A DNA stretch of 64,000 nt from a virus, in IMG/VR virus record IMGVR_UViG_3300037657_000053, positions 25,024-89,023 of that record; one strand, given 5' to 3'. The position numbers were made by a program, and so were the translations under genes. Below, one piece after another: positions 57,291-64,000 of the stretch. The notes under the pieces are model-generated. The model saw only the letters and a list, made by a program, of their open reading frames with translations. It had not been told where the DNA came from and made no database searches. The first letter of the stretch is position 1, and each line of letters opens with the position of its first letter.

Positions 57291-57481
57291 AGGTGAGGGT
57301 AAGCTTCGAGCTCGATATCGATCAGAAGCGAAGGATGCGTGATCTTGCCGAGAAGCTTGGGCTCTCTATTTCCGAAGTGTTACGATTGGCGATCGGTGAG
57401 TATCTCGCGGCGAATCGTATCGCGCTCCGTTCAAGCGATGTTTGCGATCGACAAATTCCGATTCCGGGTTGTGAAGGGTGA
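57287..57481 (+). CDS. Ribbon-helix-helix (CopG-like) DNA-binding protein
   Basis: VRVSFEL...LAEKLGLSISEVLRLAIGEYL. Confidence 0.8.
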   Translation: MKVRVSFELDIDQKRRMRDLAEKLGLSISEVLRLAIGEYLAANRIALRSSDVCDRQIPIPGCEG

Positions 57482-57550
57482 AGGTCTGACTCGAGACTGA
57501 TGTCGATCGTCTCTTTGAGGGGAATCGGAGCAAATCGAAAAAAAAAGTTC

Positions 57551-57620
57551 TTGACCTTCCTCTCTCGATAGTGCATAACGAAATCGAGGGCAACGTAGCC
57601 CGAGCAAAGAGAGTCGGAGG
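57551..57620 (+). promoter_or_regulatory. Early promoter cassette, copy 2
   Basis: TTGACC-17-CATAAC, GGGC-AACGTA-GCCC hairpin. Confidence 0.8.
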
Positions 57621-57627
57621 CTTCCCG

Positions 57628-58182
57628 ATGAAATTTTCCCGAGAGACGTTTCTTGTTGAGCAATGGATTGCCGAAGCTTGCGAGCTAGGGGAAGCTCCCG
57701 AGTTGATCGAGCGGATCGAGCTCGAATGGTCGAGGCGTCTCGTTCTCACGCTCGGAAAAGCGAATCGGCTAAATTGGACGATCAAACTTGCCGAAAAGGC
57801 TTGGTTTCTCATTTCGCTCGACGAACGAAGAGAGACAGTCTTTCACGAGGTAGCGCATTTGATAGCCCTACACGAAGGGGGCCTGAAGGCGTGGGATCAC
57901 GGGCCGACTTGGCGCCGAATAATGGCCAAGATCGGATATCCCCGGGCGAATGCGTGTCACGATTTGATCGAACAACTCTCGACGATCCGACGGAAGAATG
58001 TTCGTGTGATCGCTCGTTGTCAGTGTGATTCGGCCGGCGAAGTGTTCGGAGTTCGGCGAGCCGATGGAACGCATCTCATCACGCGGTCAATGGAGGCGAA
58101 GATCAAGGCGAACCCGTCGATCTGCCGTTGTCGGTTCTGTCGATGTGCGATCGTTCCGACCGGTGAGATCGTTCGCGTGTAA
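57628..58182 (+). CDS. SprT-like zinc metalloprotease
   Basis: ETVFHEVAHL...HGPTWRRIM, C-terminal Cys cluster; ATG 57628 with GGAGG. Confidence 0.85.
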   Translation: MKFSRETFLVEQWIAEACELGEAPELIERIELEWSRRLVLTLGKANRLNWTIKLAEKAWFLISLDERRETVFHEVAHLIALHEGGLKAWDHGPTWRRIMAKIGYPRANACHDLIEQLSTIRRKNVRVIARCQCDSAGEVFGVRRADGTHLITRSMEAKIKANPSICRCRFCRCAIVPTGEIVRV

Positions 58183-58203
58183 ACCCGGGTTTCCAAGCCC
58201 CTC

Positions 58204-58752
58204 ATGAAATGCGAAAGGCGAGACGAGATGAGTCGGAAGCGTTGTCCCCGTTGTGGGGCAGAACGAGTAATCGAGGATCGGCGTCCGAATGGCTTCACTG
58301 AGTGTCGGGGGTGCGAGCTTCGGCTCCCCTCGTTCGCTTGGAAGCAACTCTTGAAGAGGCTTGGAAGTGCAGGTATGGGCAAGGTGTTCGCTCTTGATCC
58401 CGGTCCCCTCTCTCAAGAGGAAGCAGCGATCAAGGCACAACGGACCGAAGAGCTATGGTCGAGGCTCAAGAGGGTTCTTCCTGGGGGATCGAGCGGCTTC
58501 TTCGGGAAGAGCGATGAAATCGACTTGACGGCAGAAGAGACGGTTCGAGAGGTGAAGCTCATCATTTCAAATTTCATCGGCGAGCTCGAAGCGAGGGGCG
58601 AGATTCCGCCCGGTCTCATCGTCTCGGGGATCGTTCCGAATCCCGATCGGCCCGGTCATTTGTCGGTTCATTTTGGGCTTGCTGGAGACTGTAAGCGAGA
58701 GGATCGGGAAGTTCTGCTCGGTTACCTCACCGGTCGGCTCTCATTCATTTGA
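58204..58752 (+). CDS. Zinc-ribbon hypothetical protein
   Basis: CPRCG...CRGC; start may be 58228. Confidence 0.55.
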   Translation: MKCERRDEMSRKRCPRCGAERVIEDRRPNGFTECRGCELRLPSFAWKQLLKRLGSAGMGKVFALDPGPLSQEEAAIKAQRTEELWSRLKRVLPGGSSGFFGKSDEIDLTAEETVREVKLIISNFIGELEARGEIPPGLIVSGIVPNPDRPGHLSVHFGLAGDCKREDREVLLGYLTGRLSFI

Positions 58753-58822
58753 TCGAGCTTCGAGAAGAAACCGCTTGACAATCCGATCAACGGTCCGCAT
58801 ATCGTAATAGAGGCGGTACGTC

Positions 58823-59029
58823 ATGATGGAACGCACGGCACGAAAGGTGAGAGCTCTCGCAGAAGAGCTCTGTCGTGAACTCGGATTGCCCCTTGATCGG
58901 GCGGGGCGGATTGTCGCCTTGTTCGTCGAAGAGGTGAAGGAAGGGCAAGCTCTGCCCCTTGACGGCGATCTTTTCCCGACCATGGGATCGGGCTACTTCA
59001 AGCCCCGACTCTCCCTGGACGAATTCTAA
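58823..59029 (+). CDS. Small hypothetical protein
   Basis: Preceded by TTGACA at 58775 and RBS GAGG. Confidence 0.5.
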   Translation: MMERTARKVRALAEELCRELGLPLDRAGRIVALFVEEVKEGQALPLDGDLFPTMGSGYFKPRLSLDEF

Positions 59030-59079
59030 AACGACAATCCCGACTCCTTGACTGATAATCGAGGTGAAAGGGAGTTGTC

Positions 59080-59520
59080 ATGAAAACCTGTTTCATCGCT
59101 ATCGCGTCGATCTTCTTCTTTTTCTTCTTCGGGGGTTGCTATCTCTCAACGGAGCTATGCGAACCTGTGGAAGGAATCGCGTCGGTTCAATATCTCGGGA
59201 GGACGTGCCCCGAGCCGATTCATGATCTGATTCCCCGAGAATCTTTTCGAGAGGTTCGGGATTTGTGGGAAGGTCGGGCTCTCATCGGGTGCGAGCTTGC
59301 CGGGCCCCCCGAAGTGATCGGCCGAACGTCCGGCTTCCGTCTTGAGTTTCGAGAGGCTTTCCCCGAACGCCCGTGCTATGAAGGTGAGGGTCGAGGAATC
59401 GATCATAATTGTGCCCGAGTCTTCGATCGGTACTTCGAGCTCTTCTTTGTCGACGAAGAGACCGGTCGCGACTTTTGCTCGGAAAGGTGGGGAATCACTT
59501 ACGATTATCGGATCGAGTGA
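59080..59520 (+). CDS. Putative lipoprotein
   Basis: MKTCFIAIASIFFFFFFGGC signal/lipobox-like N-terminus. Confidence 0.55.
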   Translation: MKTCFIAIASIFFFFFFGGCYLSTELCEPVEGIASVQYLGRTCPEPIHDLIPRESFREVRDLWEGRALIGCELAGPPEVIGRTSGFRLEFREAFPERPCYEGEGRGIDHNCARVFDRYFELFFVDEETGRDFCSERWGITYDYRIE

Positions 59521-59560
59521 TCGGCCAGAAAAAAAAGATCGATCCTCCTTCACTTTTTTC

Positions 59561-59628
59561 TTGACCTTCCTGCCTCGATAGCGCATAACAGAATCATCAG
59601 GGCAACGGAGCCCAAGAGGAAAGAGAGA
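59561..59628 (+). promoter_or_regulatory. Early promoter cassette, copy 3
   Basis: TTGACC-17-CATAAC AGAATCATCA GGGCAACGGAGCCC AAGAGGAAAGAGAGA. Confidence 0.85.
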
Positions 59629-59632
59629 CAAC

Positions 59633-59875
59633 ATGAATACCGCCGCCGCCAACGGAACCCTTATCACCGCCACCTTCTTCCACAACGGAATCTCTTACCG
59701 TGTGTCTTCCTTCAAGGGTGGTTCCCTCGAGATTTACTCCACCAATGGCTATTCCGACGCTCCCGGTCTCGAGCGTTTCCTCGGGTATGCCCGAGATGTC
59801 AATCTCGACCTTGCCGAGAAGGCGTTCGATGCCTTCCGCAAGGTTCCCGGGCAGCGGGCTCTCTTCCCCTACTGA
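59633..59875 (+). CDS. Small early protein
   Basis: ATG after cassette; ends QRALFPY. Confidence 0.65.
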   Translation: MNTAAANGTLITATFFHNGISYRVSSFKGGSLEIYSTNGYSDAPGLERFLGYARDVNLDLAEKAFDAFRKVPGQRALFPY

Positions 59876-59955
59876 GGGGATCATCATTGGGGGGCCCGGC
59901 CCCTCTCGCCCCCTTCTCACAAGGAAGGGGGCTTTCGAGGTGAGGAGACGAGAAG

Positions 59956-60138
59956 ATGAAGATTCGAGCTATCGACGTGAGGTGTCCTGAGTGTGGCAGG
60001 CGAGCCGGCCTTCCCTGTAAGGGATCGAGGATTCCCGGGGCGAACACCTTCGGGGGTGGTTGGGGCGGCCCGGTCGATCTCGCCAGAGTGCATAAGGCGA
60101 GAGTCGAGCGGGCTCGTGATCTTCGTCATTCCGCTTGA
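59956..60138 (+). CDS. Small zinc-finger protein
   Basis: CPECG...PC...HKAR; RBS GAGGAG. Confidence 0.55.
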   Translation: MKIRAIDVRCPECGRRAGLPCKGSRIPGANTFGGGWGGPVDLARVHKARVERARDLRHSA

Positions 60139-60147
60139 TTTTTTCTC

Positions 60148-60211
60148 TTGACCTTCCCTCTTCGATAGCGCATAACAGAATCATCAGGGCAACGGAGCCC
60201 GGAAAGAGAGA
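60148..60211 (+). promoter_or_regulatory. Early promoter cassette, copy 4
   Basis: Same -35/-10/hairpin/RBS sequence. Confidence 0.85.
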
Positions 60212-60215
60212 CAAC

Positions 60216-60569
60216 ATGAGCGCGAGCACTCAGAGCCATTCCCTTCTCACCCTCGCCGTCAACGCGATCGCCGCCGTCGCCGCTCGTCAAGATCGTATTT
60301 CGTGCTGGAACGCGGGCGAAGCGACGATGAAGGAAGCGTTTGATGAAGCTCGGGTGAAGTATGGTTTCGTCCACGGGGAATTCGTCGCCGTCGTTCGTGA
60401 GGGGCGAGAGCTCGGGGTGATCGTTGCCGGTTCCTTTCATGACACGGTTCGGATCGTGTCGTGTTGCCGTTGTGACGAACCGGCTTCCTATGCGAGCAAT
60501 CGTGAACTTGGTAAGGTGATTTGTAGCGTATGCCGAGAGATCGAGCTTGATCATCCCGATCTCGGGTGA
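60216..60569 (+). CDS. Small early protein with CxxC pairs
   Basis: ATG 60216 after cassette; CCRC...CSVC. Confidence 0.6.
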   Translation: MSASTQSHSLLTLAVNAIAAVAARQDRISCWNAGEATMKEAFDEARVKYGFVHGEFVAVVREGRELGVIVAGSFHDTVRIVSCCRCDEPASYASNRELGKVICSVCREIELDHPDLG

Positions 60570-60656
60570 TCTCGTCTCGCCCGGGGGGATTTGGAAACCC
60601 GGGTTTCCAAAAAAAAATGTTCTTTCGTCCGATAATCGAAGCGAAGGGAGAGTGAA

Positions 60657-60992
60657 ATGAACATTGGACCGACGACGATCGAGAAGGATACGTTTCGAGG
60701 AATGGTGAGGTATCGGGTTGTGAAGATGGTCAAGGGCCGAGATGATTTTCTCGGGTTCGTGAGGCGCGCCATCAACAGCGCAACTCGTTGGCAATGGATC
60801 GAGGGGTTCGGTCCGATCGTCTCGTCGATGAACTACACGTCTCGGGCGAAGGCGGTTGAAGCTCTCGTGGCTCATCTCGAGAGCAAGCCGGAGAAATCGA
60901 TCCCGAAGAAGCTCGAGACGATCGGTCGCGGTAGGCTTTTCGGAAAGGCTCGGTCGAACCATCGGAATCGGCGCGTTCACGAGCGTCGCTAA
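60657..60992 (+). CDS. Hypothetical basic protein
   Basis: After GTCCGATAATC and RBS GGGAG. Confidence 0.55.
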   Translation: MNIGPTTIEKDTFRGMVRYRVVKMVKGRDDFLGFVRRAINSATRWQWIEGFGPIVSSMNYTSRAKAVEALVAHLESKPEKSIPKKLETIGRGRLFGKARSNHRNRRVHERR

Positions 60993-61033
60993 CATCCCCC
61001 CGAAAAAAAAACGTCACACCAATCTCTTTTTTC

Positions 61034-61098
61034 TTGACCTTCCTCTCTCGATAGCGCATAACAGAATCATCAGGGCAACGGAGCCCGAGGGAAAGGAT
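61034..61098 (+). promoter_or_regulatory. Early promoter cassette, copy 5
   Basis: Same -35/-10/hairpin. Confidence 0.85.
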
Positions 61099-61103
61099 CG
61101 GAC

Positions 61104-61355
61104 ATGACTTACTTGATCGATAGCATGAATCAACCGAACGACTTTCAGAGGAAACGAGCGGTTCGACATTTGACTCCCGGGTGTTCTCTGTTCGTCGTTC
61201 GGCGGATCACTCGAGATGGAGATGAGGCGATCTCTTCTGAGTGGTATCTCATCGGAGCCGAGAACGACGCGGACGCTATCAATTGTGCAAAAGCCGAAAC
61301 GGCTCGTTGGTACTTTGGCGATTGGGCGCACGAATACAAGATCGAGAACGAGTAG
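61104..61355 (+). CDS. Small early protein
   Basis: ATG after cassette. Confidence 0.6.
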   Translation: MTYLIDSMNQPNDFQRKRAVRHLTPGCSLFVVRRITRDGDEAISSEWYLIGAENDADAINCAKAETARWYFGDWAHEYKIENE

Positions 61356-61368
61356 AAAGGGAAGGAAG

Positions 61369-61773
61369 ATGGACCGAGCGATCGAAGATCTCATCGGGAA
61401 GGAACTCATTCACGCGGGGCGGCCGGCTCGGGTGAACGGGATCAATAGATCGGAAGCTGGTGAATACTACATGATCGAAGAATGTTATGAGAATGGCGAT
61501 TCTGTCGTTGTACATCTTTTCGCTGTTCCTGCTATGACGATCAATCTTATCTTTTCGGGGAACCCTCCATTCGATTGGCACATTCCGATTCCGAACCTCG
61601 AGACCTTTCCTCGCCTCGAACCGGGAACGAAGGTTCGAGCGATCTTCAATAAGATCCTTCGTGATGGGGTGATCCTCAAGAGTTTTGACGATGCTCGGGG
61701 TTATTGGGTCAGTTTCGCCGGAACGAGCGTTCCGATCCCGGTCTCGAAGAAGCGTTTGTTTCTTTCTTCTTAG
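61369..61773 (+). CDS. Hypothetical protein
   Basis: ATG 61369 with purine-rich RBS. Confidence 0.55.
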   Translation: MDRAIEDLIGKELIHAGRPARVNGINRSEAGEYYMIEECYENGDSVVVHLFAVPAMTINLIFSGNPPFDWHIPIPNLETFPRLEPGTKVRAIFNKILRDGVILKSFDDARGYWVSFAGTSVPIPVSKKRLFLSS

Positions 61774-61818
61774 TTTTTTTTTTCTGAAAAAAAAAGCTCG
61801 CCCCCTCGAAAAAAGTTC

Positions 61819-61886
61819 TTGACCTTCCTCTCTCGATAGCGCATAACAGAATCATCAGGGCAACGGAGCCCGAGAGGAAAGAGAGA
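61819..61886 (+). promoter_or_regulatory. Early promoter cassette, copy 6
   Basis: Same -35/-10/hairpin/RBS. Confidence 0.85.
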
Positions 61887-61890
61887 TACC

Positions 61891-62298
61891 ATGAACAAGA
61901 CGACGGCATATCGGACCCTCAGTGATCGCGGATTCGGCTTCGTGGCGAACGTGGTTTCGTCGCGTGAGAATGGCGGGCGCCGGCTGGTCAAGCTCGCGAT
62001 CCTCGCTCTCGCCGGTCACTCGGTGAGCTTCGCTCAATTCTCAACGTCGGTCCTTCTGATCGACGGTTCCGAAGTTCGTTGGTCGGCTCTCGACGCGGCT
62101 CGGATCTCGAAGGGGACGGTCATTTGGGCCGAGAATCCCGAGCTCTCGGAATCTGAGAAGCGGATCGAGGGAGCCCGGGTGATCGTCGCTTCGGGTGTGT
62201 GTCCGTCTTGCGGTGGAAAGATCGTTCGGAATCTCGCCTTGACTGGTTGGTATGTCTGTGAGGTGAAGGGTTGCTCGTTCCAAACCTTCACCGAGTGA
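61891..62298 (+). CDS. Small early protein with C-terminal zinc ribbon
   Basis: CPSCGG...CEVKGC. Confidence 0.65.
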   Translation: MNKTTAYRTLSDRGFGFVANVVSSRENGGRRLVKLAILALAGHSVSFAQFSTSVLLIDGSEVRWSALDAARISKGTVIWAENPELSESEKRIEGARVIVASGVCPSCGGKIVRNLALTGWYVCEVKGCSFQTFTE

Positions 62299-62558
62299 GG
62301 GGCGGGCCCCCCGCTCCCGAGCCCCCCGAGCTCTCGCCCTGGGGGCTTCGTTGTTCTGAGCTCTCAGGGGCTCTCAGAGAGGCGGAAGGTCTCGAGGGGC
62401 TCTCGGTCAGGTTGCCTCTCTCAGGAGCTCTCAGGGGCCGTCTCGAGCCCGCGCGCCCCTCTTCTCGAGGAACCGCTCCGAGCCCCCCGAGAAGAGAGCT
62501 CGTAAATCCGAGTTTCTATGGTTCGAGAAAAAAAGATCGAGCTCCTCGAAAAAAGTTC

Positions 62559-62624
62559 TTGACCCTTCCCTCTCGATAGTGCATAACAGAATCAAGGGCG
62601 ACGGAGCCCGGGAGGAAAGAGAGA
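62559..62624 (+). promoter_or_regulatory. Early promoter cassette, copy 7
   Basis: TTGACC-17-CATAAC, GGGC-GACGGA-GCCC. Confidence 0.85.
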
Positions 62625-62628
62625 CACC

Positions 62629-63054
62629 ATGAAGACCGCTAGCGAAATTTCGACCCTCATCAAAGCCGCTCTTCTCGCCGTTATCCGAGCCGGTGAGCTT
62701 CCGAAGATGAAGCTCTCGGTTCGCCTTTCTCAATCGAACGTTCACGCGAGCGTTCGTGTTGTGCTCACCCCCGACTTCCCGATCATGAACGTCGATCACC
62801 TCTCGGGCGTTCCCGGTTCGCTCATTCTCAATGAGCGAGCTCGTGAGATCATCGCCGCCGTGAAGGTAATCGTCGATCCGATCACCGATCCCGATATTCA
62901 CGTTTTCGTCGACTTCAACGACAATAACAAGGAAGCCGAACGGGCCGCCTTCCGAGCTCGTCGTGAAGCCGAGCTCAAGTCGCTCGAAGAGGATCGCGTC
63001 GTTATGCTCACGAATATCGAGAAGCTCGCCGTCGCCTTCGGTCCGGTCGAATGA
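62629..63054 (+). CDS. Small early protein
   Basis: ATG after cassette. Confidence 0.65.
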   Translation: MKTASEISTLIKAALLAVIRAGELPKMKLSVRLSQSNVHASVRVVLTPDFPIMNVDHLSGVPGSLILNERAREIIAAVKVIVDPITDPDIHVFVDFNDNNKEAERAAFRARREAELKSLEEDRVVMLTNIEKLAVAFGPVE

Positions 63055-63138
63055 TCCCGAGCTACCTTCGGGTTATCAAGTAATTACGGCCTTTTCGAGG
63101 GGCTCGAGAAAAAAGATCGAGCCCCTCGAAAAAAGTTC

Positions 63139-63211
63139 TTGACCTTCCTGCCTCGATAGCGCATAACAGAATCATCAGGGCAACGGAGCCCAAGAGGAAA
63201 GAGAGAGAGAG
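63139..63211 (+). promoter_or_regulatory. Early promoter cassette, copy 8
   Basis: Same -35/-10/hairpin/RBS. Confidence 0.85.
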
Positions 63212-63214
63212 AAC

Positions 63215-63379
63215 ATGATCACGATTACCACCGAGACCTTCACGATCGAGAACACTGAGACCGGCGAGATCGAGACTGCTCAGATGTTCGATATCACGAA
63301 CGCGACCCTCGAAGAGCTTACTGCCCTTCTCGAGAATGCGGCGGCGGTGGCCGAGATTCTCGAGGGGTTCGGGGCGTAA
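63215..63379 (+). CDS. Small acidic early protein (54 aa, not in ORF track)
   Basis: MITITTETFTIENTETGEIETAQMFD... directly after cassette; no Lys or Arg. Confidence 0.65.
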   Translation: MITITTETFTIENTETGEIETAQMFDITNATLEELTALLENAAAVAEILEGFGA

Positions 63380-63426
63380 AGGCGAGGATCGACGGGGCCC
63401 CTCAATACCGGGGGGCCCCGGGAAAG

Positions 63427-63879
63427 GTGGCAATCGTGGGAATTCAATTCACGGCTCTCGACACAAACACCCTTCGTGAAACTCCCGTCGGGCCCCTTCC
63501 GACTCGGATCGAGCTTCCCGAAGAATGGGAGTTCTTCGGGTTCAACATGGGAACCGCGTTCATGTTCTTCGGCCTTTTCACGGCCGCTCTCACTTGCAAG
63601 GGGCGACCGGTTCCGTCGACCTTCTCGGATCGACAGTATGGAACGATCACTCTCATCGAAGCTCGCCGGGCGATCATGGCGGCCCGAGCTCGATTCTTTT
63701 CGGTCGCCCCTGCTATCGTCGACGGCTCTCTTGAGAGCTTCGACTTCTCGGGCGAACGAATCCAAGTGATCGACGGGGGCGGATTCGATCTTGAGATCCT
63801 CCGAGAGAAGCTCGAGAGGTTTGCTCAATTTGTCGAGATCGCCGCTCAGAACGGTGCTAATACGATCCAATGGAGCTAA
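63427..63879 (+). CDS. Hypothetical protein
   Basis: GTG start with GGAAAGG; follows a GC hairpin at 63394-63419. Confidence 0.55.
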   Translation: MAIVGIQFTALDTNTLRETPVGPLPTRIELPEEWEFFGFNMGTAFMFFGLFTAALTCKGRPVPSTFSDRQYGTITLIEARRAIMAARARFFSVAPAIVDGSLESFDFSGERIQVIDGGGFDLEILREKLERFAQFVEIAAQNGANTIQWS

Positions 63880-64000
63880 CCGCCCCGAGAGATCGGGCCC
63901 GCCTTGAGTCGTTCTAGACCCCTTCCTGCCCCCCCCCCCCCCTCGAGAGGGGGGGGCTCGGTCGTTGGGGAACCCCGGGTTGCAAGGGCCCAGAAAAAAG

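Larger units (their letters stand above)
3111..60608. repeat. Dispersed 16-bp palindrome G[GT]AAACCCGGGTTT[AC]C, 15 copies
   Basis: Starts at 3111, 8343, 11526, 18442, 19847, 21881, 28223, 34303, 36804, 47270, 50449, 51487, 53703, 58179, 60593. Confidence 0.95.
18408..60637. promoter_or_regulatory. Repeated upstream motif G[TA]C[CT]GATAATC, 15 copies (putative middle promoter)
   Basis: 18408 (minus), 19888, 21406, 28282, 29722, 32457, 34516, 42281, 44538, 46581, 50636, 53946, 54956, 59050, 60627; each shortly upstream of a co-oriented start codon. Confidence 0.85.

Noticed and set aside
57571-60215. ORF-track starts at 57571 and 60135 (also 51545 and 25501)
   Set aside because: They begin inside promoter cassettes; better starts with RBS are 57628, 60216, 51617 and 25588
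3111-60608. 16-bp palindromes as intrinsic terminators or integron attC sites
   Set aside because: No loop or U tract, three lie inside coding sequences, too short for attC, and no integrase seen
62271-62579. 102-aa ORF over the GC-rich repeat tract
   Set aside because: Low-complexity translation of repeats running into a promoter cassette; likely non-coding
51545-63211. CRISPR array suggested by recurring repeats
   Set aside because: Repeats are 60-100 bp promoter/RBS units separated by 0.5-6 kb of protein-coding genes; no cas genes
1-64000. Stop-codon reassignment
   Set aside because: Standard code gives dense full-length genes ending in all three stops; the tRNA has a TTG anticodon, not a suppressor

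Overview
64 kb internal segment of a large, GC-rich dsDNA tailed phage with a contractile tail. Almost all genes are on the + strand. No capsid, portal or integrase is recognisable in the window. Gene order: tape measure, baseplate and tail fibre module (1-15.8 kb); holin/spanin-like lysis genes (15.8-17.7 kb); a candidate origin (19.5-19.9 kb); a replication/recombination module (SF2 helicase, DnaB, primase, HNH, UvrD, sigma-like factor, ParB-like protein, PolB, SSB, RecA, split SbcD, ThyX, SbcC, two adenine MTases, RuvC-like; 19.9-44 kb); tRNA-Gln, terminase, beta clamp and dCTP deaminase (45-56 kb); and an array of small genes each behind a near-identical promoter cassette (51.5-64 kb). Most notable observations: (1) 15 copies of a 16-bp palindrome G[GT]AAACCCGGGTTT[AC]C spread over the whole window, including inside genes, plus a candidate ParB/Noc-like binder; (2) a family-B polymerase ending in a clamp-binding motif and a domain resembling the DnaE tau-binding C-terminus; (3) eight unrelated proteins starting M-x-[ST]-R-[RK]-[RK]; (4) two repeated promoter classes and two sigma-related proteins; (5) an MTase broken by two 9-nt homopolymers; (6) strong CAG/CTG avoidance paired with a tRNA-Gln(UUG). 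All protein assignments come from motif recognition by eye, not from database searches.
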